Below are positions 17,501-34,600 of a stretch of 64,000 bases of DNA, in pieces. Below the pieces are notes generated by a model, which had not been told where the DNA came from, made no database searches, and saw only the letters and a list, made by a program, of their open reading frames with translations. Source of the DNA: Ptychomitrium polyphyllum. Lineage: Eukaryota. Where the stretch lies: the NCBI GenBank assembly GCA_973851085.1, contig OZ316775.1, forward strand, positions 21,080,001 through 21,144,000, written 5' to 3'. The position numbers and the translations under genes are program-made. Numbering within the stretch: position 1 is the first letter of the stretch; each line of letters starts with the position of its first letter.

Positions 17501-20268
17501 TTGTTATAAGAGGATTTTTTATTTTTTATTTTGCTTTAATTGTGTGTCTACATAATATAAGAACATGAAAGTAAAGGTAATTTTCTTTAACAAAAAGAAT
17601 GCTTTCTAATAATTTATCCAACAAGGTTATTGAATAGTGAGAATAAAGTGCATATGCAAAAATATTGTCAATGCATCAATATGTACCATAGTATGAAAGC
17701 TTTAGAACGAGATTGACAAGTGTAGTAAATTTAATGAAAAAAGACCAAAAATTATATCTTATATTATATGGCATATCATACATCATTCTATAGGTGATAT
17801 TTTTCATGAATTATTAAAAATTTCTTTGTTGTTCCATCAAGAGTTTATTGACATTTATTAAAAATAACATTAATTCAATGGTTTGTATTTAATATATCAA
17901 GAAGGTAATTAGAATTTGTATATTGAATACCATTTTAATATTTATGGCAATTGAAAGTTAATTGACACAAATAAAGATTCAAGTTTGTTTAACCTCCATC
18001 TATAGAATTGTTTGTGGCAAACACAAAATTCTTCAAGTTTCTAATGACATTTGAAAGAAATTCAATAAGCATTCAAGTTTTTTTTGTAGAAGTATAAGCC
18101 TCATATATTGATGGAAAGTAGCAATTAATTGAAGGAGTTAATCCAAATTAAAACAATTATAAAAAATTGAAATATCTTAAAGGTAGAATCTTTTGAAATG
18201 ATTTAATAGCTCGGTTTGCTATTTTATTACTCTACATTCATTATTGTATTGCTTTTTCATCATAAAAAATCAAATTATTTTTTAATAAATGAGCCATTTA
18301 AAAACTTTATAAACTCCTAAATGTTTTTTCAACAATTAAGAGAAAACTTGTAGATATTCTTTATCATTCATAAATGGACAAAAACAATAAAGACAATAAG
18401 TGAAGATAAAATCTATTCTTTTAATGATTAATGAATATATGTGAATATAAAAAGCAATTCACATTTTCCACCAATATGGATAGCCTACAACTATTAATCA
18501 TGTTCTAAAAAAATTCAAAATTATTTAAAAACTGCAATATAAAGTGCAATTTGTATGAAGCAAAGTTCTTAAATTATATGTCAATGGATCTTTCTTTTAA
18601 AAATTGAATTTGGAATTATTTTAAAGGTTTATTATAATTACTTGATATAACAATAATTTTAACTATGGTAATTATTGACCTTATTTTTTTGAAAATTTGC
18701 AATTCATGCCTATCATTGATTTAGTCTCATTATGTTATTTTCTTGCATTTAATTATCACAAGTTCAAAATATTATTTATTATGGAATTGAATTGAAATGA
18801 ATAGAAGGCCCTTTTATAAAGATTTAAGAATGTTATGGAAATCATATAGTGATAACTTGTATACATTAACATAAGTATTTTTGGAACTTTTAGGAGCCTT
18901 CTTCTAATACATGTGAAATATCTTTATTGATGGAACTTTTAAGTTTTTTTGAAAATACTTTAAGAACATTAAATTACAAGTTATAGGTTTGGAAATTCCA
19001 AATGTATGGGCAATTATATTCTATTTCTTGTATTATTTGGATTAAAAAATATCCTATCAAATTTTTGGATTTCTAATTTACTCATACATTGTTTTATATT
19101 GGAAATAGTATAAGAATCATAATATGATTTTGAATGTGGATTAATGTGTAGATTATCTTTAATTTGGTGTGTTTTAGAAAAGAAAAGAGATGAAACAAAA
19201 AACCATGATTGTTTTTGAACAAAAGTTATATTTTGTCAAACCTTTAAACAACTAGTCTATTAAGCAATCTCAAAAAAGAGCAACTCAAATTTCTCAAGTA
19301 TATTTAGGACTATAGAAGAATAATGCTATTGTTTTCAATTAACTTTAGATTAAACTAAAAACGCCATAATAATAAAATCAATATATCATGAGCTAAGAAT
19401 TTAACATGCAAATGCATCAAATATGGGTTTTTGACACTTTAAATGATTGGAACTTCAAAGAATCAGTTTTCCTAAATAAAGTTTATTATATTGGATTCCA
19501 ATTTTAGTTTGGTTATTATAATAAACATCACAAATTAGTCCAAAAAATCTTAAAGATTTAACAAGAACTTTGTTAGTAATAAAGATTTTTTTTTTTTTTG
19601 GAAACCGTTCAAGTTAAAAGAAAGCAGGTAAGAGTGAGGGTGAGGTGAATGTGAAATAACCTTATGAAGAGGAGGTAAACAACTACACTAAAAACTGTCT
19701 TTATTGTGCCTCATATTAAACTTTTTTCCTATTACTTTTACACCATTCTGTAAAAAATCACTAATAAACGATTATCCTAATATGTGAAGTGTCAAACAGT
19801 TAAACGAGCGTTCATACTACCCTTGTACTTTGGTTTGTTTAAGAAAAAGTTTCCTGGTTATGAATAAAAATCTTATGTTACAATACGTTATGGTAGTGAC
19901 ATGGGCCTTATGTTACAGGAGGACAGCAGTGGGGGTGACCGACGCAGCAGCTCCCTAGGAGCGTCGAGGTTGGGGCGACAGAAGAACCGGAGCCCGGACT
20001 CGCCTGGCGATGGCGCGACGGGCGCGACGGGCGCGCCCTCCCTCTGCTTGGGGAGCCGACTTCGAGCACTCGTTGGCGTTCTGCGACTCACAGTAACTTA
20101 ACATGGTCTCAGTAACTATGCAAGCAGTAGCTCCCCCCCCCCACAGCTGCTGCGCCATTAATAGCCCCACCCCGAAAAACCTGCGGGGAAGACGACCACC
20201 TCGCTGCCGGCATGCATACGCGCACACGCCAATCCGGTGAATCCACCAGCTAAGTTACAGTCACCACA

Positions 20269-20555
20269 GGAGTTCACTCGTTGCTTGCTTCCGCAGGATC
20301 AGGCGAGTCGAGCTGCCAACTTCCATTCGGCGACCATGCACCAGGTTCACTATACTCACTCTCGTGGATCTGGACAACTAGTCCAGTTAGATCTAGGTGC
20401 GAGACGGCCCACCAGTTTGACGCGTTGGGACTGGGGTCTCGGCCGCAGAGCTCCAGCCAACTTCCATCCGCGGCAACCTTTCTCTGTTGAGTGCACTCGT
20501 AGTGCTCCTGGATCTAGACGAGTCCAGTCAGATCTAGGTGCTAGACTCACCAGTT
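20269..20555. repeat. Degenerate ~140-bp tandem duplication in the promoter/5' leader of the SCPL gene
   Basis: GCCAACTTCCAT at 20315 and 20456. AGTCCAGTTAGATCTAGGTGCGAGAC vs AGTCCAGTCAGATCTAGGTGCTAGAC. A partial third copy (GAGTTCACTCGT..GGATC..CGAGTC) lies at ~20269-20310. Confidence 0.7.
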
Positions 20556-20718
20556 CAGGGCTCCGCCACAGGGCTGCAGTCGACTCGATTGCACGCCAGT
20601 TGCGTGAGTGGGTGTGATCGGTCCATGCAGCAGGGAGGGCTAGAGTGAGGGTGAGGGTGAAGGTGCGAGTGTACGGAAGTTGGAGTAAGTTAGCGGAGGG
20701 GTGTGAATCAGGGGTGCG

Positions 20719-24290
<3,572 letters not shown>

Positions 24291-26448
24291 ACTCCAAATC
24301 CGTTGCGAAATTGGTTCCTGGACCCGGAATTCTGTATCTATTTTTTTGGGAAGGCGGGAGTTCTCAATAAATTGGATCCAGTACTTGATTGTGATTTATT
24401 CGGCTCCTTGTCCAGAACGCAGCAAGGTTTTTGCTGAAGATGATACTTCATAGATGCTACTGAGAATTGGTAGTGGTCTGACCATTTGACGTACCAGCTT
24501 CATCATCAACCTTTGATTAGGTTGTGAGAGATAGAATGCTCTGCTACATGGACCATTTTCATGGGGGAGCCATTGAGGGGATATGATGATGTGGAGTGAC
24601 AGTGGTGTGTTAGAAACAGAACATTGGTTTCTTTGTAGCCTGAAATTCTTGTTGAAACAAGTGAACTTATGGGTGGTTCTTACTGCCAGATGATTGATTT
24701 ATTCGTCTAGAGTTGGTGGAGATGGAACACTTGAGTCAATTGTGTGAATAATATTTGAATGAGGTTTTGTTCAAAAGATACACTTGTACTGTCAATGTGT
24801 ACACAAACTCTTGATCTTGTTGCACTTTTTTGGGTGCTCAAACTTATTGCATATCATAAAACAGCATGAACAGATAACTGTCCCCCTTTGCATGCAATTA
24901 CTTATGTAAAGTTATCACCTTCTTCTATGCTTTACAAATGTTCCTCACTATCTACCACAGAATGCCTATATGCAAATTCAGCCGATTTTTTACTGTAGAA
25001 TTGATCTAAGGGGCATACCAAATGTGTAGAAGCTTGCTTGATTATTTGGGACAACCTCCATATTTGAGTTTAAAGGCGTGTTAGATTGATATGTATGTAC
25101 TAAGAGTGGTCTGACAAATCATTTATGTTGTAAAATCTAGGGGAGTAACATCAAAGCCAATTGAATACCTCAAGACCATCAGACTGCCATTTATATTGAA
25201 TCACAGTAATTAAAAAAGTCTCACCTTGATTTGGAATTAGAACAAAGCGTGAGTTACATTCATTGAAGATTCTTACAATTGTAGGAGTAGGTATAGTATA
25301 TCTTATAATGATATTTAAATACCAAACTAGTGTAAGTGAAATTAAAACAAAATATGTTTACAATGATATTTTTTTAATCAATATAATATTATCATTATTT
25401 TAACCTCCAAAGGACAAAGGAATTTTAAAACAATGTTTTCATCTTTATAAACACACTTTCCGTGAATCATATGTGGATTGAAGGAATGAATTGATTTGGA
25501 AAATTCAGCCATGAGATTTGCAAGAATATAATACTTTGTACACATAGAATAAATTTGATATGAAAAAAAATATTTTTGGTAAATCATAATATTTAATTAA
25601 AGTATTATTATGGATTTGAGTTATGTGTTTTTTCTAAGTTTCTACTTTAATTTGGCATTATATTTAGAGTAAATTTTTTAATTGGCAATTAAAGCTAATT
25701 TTCTTATGAAATTAACTAAAGAATTTTCCACCAAAGTTTAGAATGTTTTGGACCTATAAATTAAGAAAAACCAAATTTAATGTTTCTATCTTCTAAAAGT
25801 ATATCACAAGTAAATTGTAATTTTTAGGTTGCAAAATAGATAATTATGGAAAATTTTAAATGATAAAGTTGTAATTAATTAATAATAGTAGGTCTGTTAA
25901 TTTGCAATATTATAATTCTATAAATCTAAGTTGTCATTTCAATGCAAAGGTATAAAAATACGTGGCAAATCCTTCAAAAAGCTAAGTAGTTGTACAAAAC
26001 ACATGGAAAAGAAGCTAAATTAACCAAAGAAATTCTTTACTTTTAAAGAATCTTCCTCAATTAAAAATACACCTAATGAATCACATGCATTAAAAGTTTT
26101 GACAAATTTATGATATGGAACAAATTAGGATTGTGATTGTCAAATATAACATCCTTTTCATTGCATTTACTCACTTTAAAAGCAACACTATTCAACACTA
26201 TTACTCCATTTGAATGATTCCAAAACTTAAATATATCTTATAATTCTATTAATCCTTCCAAAAAAAGTTCCATAGTTGTTCATACCTTCCCAAGTTTTCC
26301 TTAATACTCCATTTGAAGCCACTTTATTCAACCATCCTTGAATTTGCCATTTTATTATTTAACATCTAAATTTTTTACTTAAACTTCTTAGAACATTGTC
26401 TAAAATAAACCCGTATGTTCTTTAATATAATCACACTTCCATCCATGG

Positions 26449-26858
26449 CTATGAACTTCAAAGAAACATTTCTAACATCCATTGCTTAATACTTGCATCT
26501 TGGCACAAAAAATAAATGGCCTTGTATTGCACACCTTACAATACTTTTGAATTGCTATAAATTTAAAAATTCTTTTGTTGAAAGTTGAGGTGGAATTCTT
26601 TCTATCCACTTAGGCACCAATTAATATAAGAGCTATATGCAATTGAAAGTTGAAGTGAGATAATATCTACTTTTTATCAAGGTATTAGCAACATACTTTA
26701 TGAATGATGTACATGTTGACTAGGGTCAAATTCAACAATAGTCTTAAAAATTTATGCCATTGTCGAAAAGATCTATCTTCACAAGAATAGAAGCCCTTAA
26801 GTTGATTAGTCATATTTACTCCTTTCTTTATATTAGTGTACTATGAATGAATAGGTAT
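26449..26858 (-). mobile_element. Degenerate piggyBac-like (DDE_Tnp_1_7) transposase C-terminal fragment with Cys-rich zinc-ribbon
   Basis: One reading frame with several stops: IPIHS*YTNIKKGVNMTNQLKGFYSCEDRSFRQWHKFLRLLLNLTLVNMYIIHKV..LSHFNFQLHIALILI..QKYCKVCNTRPFIFC..(PRC in adjacent frame)..KCFFEVH. This matches the piggyBac pattern Y-x3-(M)GGVD-x2-DQ-x4-Y..W..LLD..N-x-YI..F-x-L-x-LA..CxxC..CxxC..CF-x3-H. Confidence 0.72.
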
Positions 26859-27299
26859 GATAATTTTTTTTAATTTTTTTTCCATCCATCCATCCATTTC
26901 TTACAAAATAAATTAAAAAAAAGACCATAGAAAAGCCAAAAAATCCCTTAATATTAGGGCTTAATTATCAAGGACGTTTATTGGTTTAACAACTCTTGAA
27001 TGCATAACTACAATTTAGGTAAAAGTGAAGGTTTAAAAATTAAATATTGCTACTAGGACCTTGCACCCAATCCTCATTGTCAAGTTGATCCTAGTGACTC
27101 TGAAGAGAACAAAAAGTTCCTTCTCCTCTGAACTTAAAATTTTCAAAGAGTTCTTGCCCCCTCCAGCAGCTTTCTGTTGGTTCTTTCTACAGCGCCAATT
27201 TGCTCCAAAGTTACAGCATCCGTCGATTGTCTTCTCATTCCCGAGTCCTCACGAGGGGCTATATATTTTAATGCATATATATAACCTTATCAGATAGAA

Positions 27300-28476
27300 A
27301 TTATCCTCCCCGATCACTTCTAATGGACTGCACAGACAGGAGAAACTAGCCTGAGAATGCATACTCATGCTGCGTAGCTCTTGAATCAAGTTAGCATCTT
27401 GAGTCAGAGTATTGCGTATCCAACGATGAGATTGCGGCTTCAAACACTTCATGGTTATCTAGGCAACTTGTTCAACTGCATCTGTTACAACGCGATTTGC
27501 TCATTGGGGCCATATCCAGTTCTCCTGAACAGTGTTTACAGAGAACTTGAACTCCAACTTGACTCTATCTGCCTTACGTTTTCGTACATCAGGCAATCGT
27601 CCTGGACACATATAAAGTAGTTGTCCACTCTTGCCACAATAGTGATACCTTGGTGGGCGAGATGATTGGTTCTCTTGAAGGCTCGCTCTCCCTACATGAC
27701 CTCTTCCTCGGTATTGCTGGCCTCCTTAGTATTTCAGGCCTCGAAAGCATAACGCCTCATTTTATGGTCTTGCCACGAGTTTTAGTCTGCCTCCGACTTT
27801 CTTGCAGCATCAAATGTAGTTGCAGCTGATCAACTGTGGAAAATTATCCTGCGAAAATATAACTTTGTAAGCAGTACTCATGGCTGTCAGGTAAGGACTT
27901 GATGACAATTTGTACTAGATCAGCATCATCGATTCTGACACTGATGACAGTCAACTGTGCCAAGACCCGTCGGAACTGAGCAAAGTACTGTGATACTCCT
28001 GAACTCTCAGAGAAAGAGATAAGAGACGGTTCTTCAGATCGAACTTTCTGCTATATTATCAACTTCGTAAGGATGACACAGGAAATCCCATTGACGTGTA
28101 GGATTATGAAACTTAGTAAGCTGAGCAAGCAGACTCAGCTTAATTGACATAGTAAGAATATACGTAAGGCGTTCACTTTTTATCTTCCTTAGGTACCTCT
28201 TCCGAGGAGTCCTTGGAATCTTTTCATTTCTTGTTCGAGTTTGAGGGAGGACTCGAGGAGCTGATAAACAGTTCCAGAGTTTCTCTTTCTTTGCTTTGCG
28301 GCTTATCATATATTTCCACAAGTGGAAGTTCAATAAGCCTACAAGCTTAGCTTCATCTGGAACAAGACCGTCCTTTGTCATAATTCTAGATACTGCTCGT
28401 CACCCACAAAACAAACTGAGATGATTGAAGTCTTCTCCTTAACCATCCAGGATATCTCAACATCGCTCTGAAACCA
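27300..28476 (-). mobile_element. Truncated Ty1/Copia retrotransposon: PBS, gag and protease remnant
   Basis: PBS-like TGGTTTCAGAGC (28476-28465; tRNA-iMet PBS is TGGTATCAGAGC). Gag N-terminus KLVGLLNFHLWKYMISRKAKKEKLWNCL and UBN2-like IDDADLVQIVIKSLPDSHE. Decayed zinc knuckle YHYCGKSGQLLYMCP (~27600-27650) and protease motif *LDSRATQH (~27367-27395). Stops and frameshifts present; integrase and RT absent. Confidence 0.85.
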
Positions 28477-29044
28477 TATTTCAAGACACAAGATACACTA
28501 ATGATAGCATACATATACACGCAGTCTCAAAGAGTGTTATGCTGCACCAGAGAAGAGGTACATGTAGACGGGAAAGCAAAGTTAAACTCCGCAGTAAAGC
28601 CATTTGTTTGTTAACTACGCTACAGAATCGTGGTGAATGGACACATCCCTTTCCACTCTCCTCGGTGTGTGAGAAGCATATCACGCCCAACGCTGGTCGA
28701 GACCAGGGTTACAAGTGAGTTTGTTTCACGGTGTACGAAAGGTGGATGGCCAACTACGTTCACCGGCAGCGACGGAGGCGCGTATCACAGGAACGTATCG
28801 CAGCGGGTATCGCCAACCCTGATATCCCCTATTATGTTGTACCGATGCGAGACTGAACAGGTTTCAGCCCGACGCAGGGGTGGCCAATGCACGGAGTGAC
28901 GAAGGAGACAATCATGGCAGTCATGCCAAAATTCACGACCAGATTGCCATTCCCAGTCACTTCAATTTCGAAGCGTTCGATGAATTCCTAGTGACAGCCG
29001 GACTGTAAGCCACCGATTGTGACTGAGCGGCCTGCGTTGCGGAG

Positions 29045-31686
29045 ATGGCGCTCCTCCGCAAGAACCACACACCATCGTCATCGCCATCGTCGTCGTCGTC
29101 GCACTGGGCCGATAACTTGGTAGCGGGCGCCTCCGCGTCTCTGTGTTCCAAGCTGGTCCTCCAGCCGCTTGACATTGCCAAAACCATTCTGCAGGTATAC
29201 ATCATCCACCCGTATCGCTAGAGCCAGGAACTCATGTCCACTAGGGTTCTGGGTTTAAGGAGATTAGGGTTGTAATGTGGGGTCCAAGGATTTTGTGAAC
29301 AATTCACAGGATTGTTTAATTCTTCCATTCACAGTAGTGGGTTCCATGGTTGAAGGGTGTTGAATTCATGTTATTGAAGTGGTAGGTGGAAGTTGCTCAT
29401 TCTCTGGGAAAAAGAGAGATAAAGTAGGAAAACCTCAACAAAATTTCATAAGTCACCTATAAGAATAGGGTGATGGGACACGCTGAGCACAGACTTTTAT
29501 CCATTATGATTGGCACATGATACTTGTCCGTGGCTAAAACTTAGTCATTCAAAGACACCAACTCTATTACATGTAAGAGGGCCTTCGACCTACTCCATGC
29601 TTGACTTCCCAACAATTGTGCGTTACTCACGTTCGACTAAGTTTCAACAGATTCAATACAGGCTTGAAACCCCCTACTTGTGATTTCAATGCAAATGGTT
29701 GTGTTTGATGAGAATTTATTGGAATGGCGTTGGATAATCAGGCTTCTTCAGAGGTGAGGGGAGAGTACAGCAACTTGGCGCAGTGCATGGCAGGGGTGGT
29801 GAGAGACGGAGGAATTCCGAAATTGTACACTGGTCTTCTTGCCTCGGTTGCTGTTTCAGCTCCGTCGTCGGCAGTTTTTGTAGCATGTTACGAGTGCTCC
29901 AAAAATGCCCTTGAGGTGGTTACTTCCGGGTTACCTCTTCATTTTCAGGCTTTGCATGATTTTGTTCCTCCCTTGGCAGCCACGATTGGTAATGTGGCAG
30001 CGAGCATCGTTAGAGTGCCGCCTGAAGTGATTAAGCAGCGAGTGCAAGCTGGAATCTACAGGTATGTCATGGATGTGATTTTAAGAGCTGGCGTTCTCAG
30101 CCCTGGGAATATATGAGTTGAAGCTTTAGGTGCACGAGTTGTCTTATGGAAATGGAAAATTGTCACAGGGATATATTGCAAGCTACACGAGCAGTGTGGG
30201 CCACGGAAGGTTTGTCAGGTTTCTACTGCGGCTATTCCATGCAAGTAAAGTATCTGGTTATCCGTCTCTCTCAATGTAATCCCGAATAGAAGTTATGGCC
30301 AGATTGTTCTGGTAATTTCTTGATGTCGCCAGGTTAGTTAGTTGCTGGGGGAGATTTGTGGTTGGTAGACTCCACCTATTTGAAGATTTTATTGATGTTA
30401 ATTAATGATCTGTCGTTGTTGTGAGTATGTCCTTGGCGTTAAAGGGTTAGCTTTTACGAGGCTTTGTTTTCTTCTAATGGAGCAAGATGTGGAACCGTTT
30501 TGGTGATATTTACGCGAATAATTTTTCTTCATTGCCTTGCAGGTTGCTAGAGATATACCCTACTCAGCGCTGCAATTTATGATCTTTGAATATTTGAAGA
30601 AGCGATCTGCACCTGAACAAAACCTTGACAAAGACAAACGGTTTACGAAACGCCTGGTGCACGACCTCTGCATTGGTGCAGTATGCCTTCTCACTGCTCT
30701 TACTGTTTCCCTCTCACCTTTTTCAATGAGTTACTTTACACTTGCAAACGTGCAGAGCAAACTCGCTATGTCATTTTGCCACTATTTGCACTTGGAAGAA
30801 ATTGTTACTGGGTAGGAGAGGTCCTCTTGTCTATTAATCAACTACTGATGGAGTTGATTTCTTGTAGGTCGGCACTAGTTTTTAAGGCAATTAGATGCAA
30901 TAGCTGACGCTGGACTTGGGTGACCAGTTAGCTGGAGCAGTGGCCTGTACAATGACCACACCGTTGGACGTTGCAAAAACACGGGTGATGACTCAGAATC
31001 CGTCAAACCCAATGATGTATTTGGGTCTGCAAGCTACTCTACAAAAGATATGGTTGGAAGAGGTAAGTTGACTTGGACAGGAACGCATGGTCCTCTTGGT
31101 TACCCTTTCCATTCGCCGGTGTGCATTCGTTTGTACGACGCAATCTTTGCCATTTGAAAGCGTTCATGTTTATTTTCTTCATCGCCCAATATTGTAGATG
31201 TTGAAGGGTGGTCATGGAAGATGTCAACAAGGTTGATTCATTGAGAAATATTTTGTCTAAGATGGATGAGGTTCGTTTCTTGGTTTCAGGGTATCGTTGG
31301 ATTTGGCAGAGGGATGGTGCCTCGTGTTCTCTACAAGGTTTGCAATCTTTGTCGATGATTGGAACTAGAAAATATATTTTGACAGAATTCATGGATTATT
31401 GCAGCTGTGGTGACTTCAGCCTGGCTAACTTGTACTGAGAATCTCAAACTTGAATTTTAAGCAGGTTCCAGCATCTGCGGTCTTCTTAGTGTGCTACGAA
31501 GCTATAAAGAGGCTACTGGTCGCCACACAGAAAGTGCGCCGCACTTCTCAATTTGGCAGCAGGTGCACACCTATTGTGATGTTTACTGTTTCTAGCGTAT
31601 TTTACTAGTTTTGGTCGTAAACTACATTGGCCACCACCCACACCTCACATGGGATGTTGCTGTGCAGGCCATTCTCTGTGGCGTGA
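29045..31686 (+). CDS. Mitochondrial carrier family (SLC25) protein, S-adenosylmethionine-carrier-like; exons 29045-29194, 29742-30061, 30169-30244, 30543-30680, 30928-31062, 31290-31337, 31465-31562, 31668-31686
   Basis: Three Px[D/E]xxK signatures (PLDIAKT, PPEVIKQR, PLDVAKTR). The motifs GIPKLYTG, ARDIPYSALQF and GRGMVPRV..VPASAVF..YE are typical of SAM-carrier-type members. The frame is continuous across GT-AG introns. Substrate is inferred. Confidence 0.92.
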
Positions 31687-34600
31687 GAAGGGAAGCTGGT
31701 CCGGGAGTACTTGACAGTTTTAAGGATCTTACAAGAGCGTTTACACTAATCAAGCTAGCCAAGTATTTGAGCAATGGATCGAAGTAGAAGACGGTGCGGA
31801 GCGTGGGGACAACTAGTCATATCTATAAAATTGACAGGAGGTCTTAGGGGTGGAAGTTCAGCATTATCGATGTATGGTTTGGTCTCCCATCGTTCATTGC
31901 CTTTATTTCCATTGAAAGATCTGCTTTCGTAGGTGGAACATTGTCGTATCTTGCTTTGATTGAGATAGCAACGAGAGAACGTGTATCATACTAAAGAACT
32001 GCAAAAGCACGTGAAGGCCATGGCAGACGCATGTCAGATGACTTTGAGCTTGACCTTGAAACTCCATCAGCGAATTTACTAGACATGGTGGTTTGAAGTG
32101 AGCCCCTTCATTGGTGTAGCAACTCTTGAGATCTTCTTAAAACCAAACATCGGAAACGCTATTCAACGTTTGGAGGCATCATTTAAGTTGCATACACAAA
32201 TATTTATTGTTAAGGTACATCAAAATTGCTATTTAACGTTTAAAGATAGTGTATGTGTAAAATGATGTTCTAAATATCAACTTCTTGATGCTGATGACAT
32301 TTCTTTGCTTGAGTATGTTGACGTGGCAGATGTGCTGCATGTTGTGGAAGCATAATATATAATTTGATGACCTTCTGGGTTCAGGATTTGAATTTTGATA
32401 CTCATGTTATATGAATGATGACGTAACATATTTCAAGGACATCCTCTACCAAGGGTAAGGATAAGTTTAATAGGAGTTTGAGGTCATTCATAAGCCTAAC
32501 TTATTCATTAGCTAATTGTCATACGTATGTGATACAGTTTATCATTTATTATTGATTTTCCATATTTCAAAGCCAAAAGTGAGTCCTTCTTATTAATAAA
32601 GAATGTTATTGGTTGAAGGATGATAAATGCTAATTATAATAACAAATGACTGATCTTAATTTTGTAAATTCAAGTAATTGCTTTTTGTAACGTAAAACTT
32701 TTTTGATTGAGACCAAGAATTCAAAGTTTGTTTTAAAAGAGGTTTTGTAATTATGAAGAATTTTCTATGATGGCTACTTAAAAGTCTATTTTTTTATACA
32801 ACTTTTACTTCATAATTAACAATTTAGCAAAGCAAGCTTGTATTTTTTTATTAGATAAAATTTTATAAAATATGAAGATGATACCATGATAATATTTAGA
32901 TGGTATTTAGATCTTCTAAGCTATGAATTTTAATAGTGTGGTGGTAATGTGACTTATATTATTTTTTCAAAATTTCCTTAGAGGCTATTTTTCAAACCAT
33001 AATAAGTAGCACAAAATTTTTACTACTTTCAATTTAAAGCTTCTATCTCATTACTAGACTACCAAGCCTAGTAATGAGATCTAAGTATGAAATTGATTAC
33101 AAGGTAGGCCAAGCTTGTTGCACCAATAAAATAAATAAAGGATTGGATTTAGCCAATTTAAAATTGACAATTATAAGTAAAGAGACATTGTCAAGTATTC
33201 ATCCTATAATCATCCATCATAATACAAGCATGGGTGTAGTTTTTCTTAATCCCTTTTGTTCTCTTATAATAACAAAATGCAACAATGAAAAGCCAACAAA
33301 TTGAATAATTTATCTTTGGCTACAAAATACAAAATTGTTCTAACAACATGTTAAGTAAAATATACAAACTAGAAATAAGAAATGTCAAAAGATTTCAAGA
33401 AGCCCTTCTACACTTTTCTTGCATCTTTAGAAATTAATACACCTTTGTTTATTTGACTCATAAAGATTGTCCTTGCTTATGGCAATTATGGAAATGATCC
33501 ATAATAGTGATGTAATTTCTAATTCATTATGAACAAACATTTATAATACAACAAAAATAATTCAAAGATGTAGGTGTTCGAAGAACAAATTTGATGCTTT
33601 TTTTTAATGAGTTACTTGTGTTAGTTGTTTATTTTGTACAAACGCAAAAATAGTGGTGGTGGAAAAGTTTTTTAACACAAATATCCAAACAAATGTGTCA
33701 TTTGCATGCTCACATTGTATATAACTAGTGATGGGCACTTACCTTAAATTACAATTGATTCTTATAAATCAACATATCAACAAATTCTTATGGATTAAAA
33801 AAAATAATCTTATGATAAGATAACTTAGACCTTGTTAAAAATTTACAAATAGAAAGTATTTACTCGGGAAAAAAGAAATTCATATAAATGTTTAAGCATA
33901 CATGTATTTTACTTCACAAAAATCAATATCAAATAATCTAATCATCAACAATTGTACATAACAATGCATAATCCTATTACAACCAAAATAACTTATTTTA
34001 TAATTCATAAGTGCAATCAATTTTTATCTCCTATACAACTTTCTTTCTAACATATCAAAAAAAGATGGGTATAAAATGTTCCTATGGTCTCTAGAAAGGA
34101 CAATGGATCCTATAACTTTTTCTTTAAAAAGATGTGCTATGGAAAGTACCTTTCCCTTTCTTTTAACCTTTCCGATGAGGGTTCGTGCGCCCAGCCCAAC
34201 CTGAGAGAGAACGAGAGACCCATACGGTTCATTTACAGATACATCCATGTAGAAATTCCACGTGCCCTACAGCCTGGGTACTGGCTCACATAACGAAGAT
34301 GGATGAAGCAGCCCGTCTTTCCGTCTTCATCCAAAAACCCAATGAATTCCGGGTGCCCGAGTTTCACGTGACGTTACCGGGCGTAACGCCGGGCGCCCGC
34401 AGCTAGCGCAGTAAAAGATGAGCTTTGTGTTTCCGAAACGACGAAAACCATGATCTTGAGAGCAGCAGGGCATCGCCAAGCTCGCAGTTTTCTGCTCACC
34501 CGGATCACAAGCTCCAATTTGGAGGTTGTGGGGCTTGGTTTCCAAGCACCAGTTCCATAGGAAGCATCTCAAAACTTTACCTTGCTGTGGGAATTGCAAG

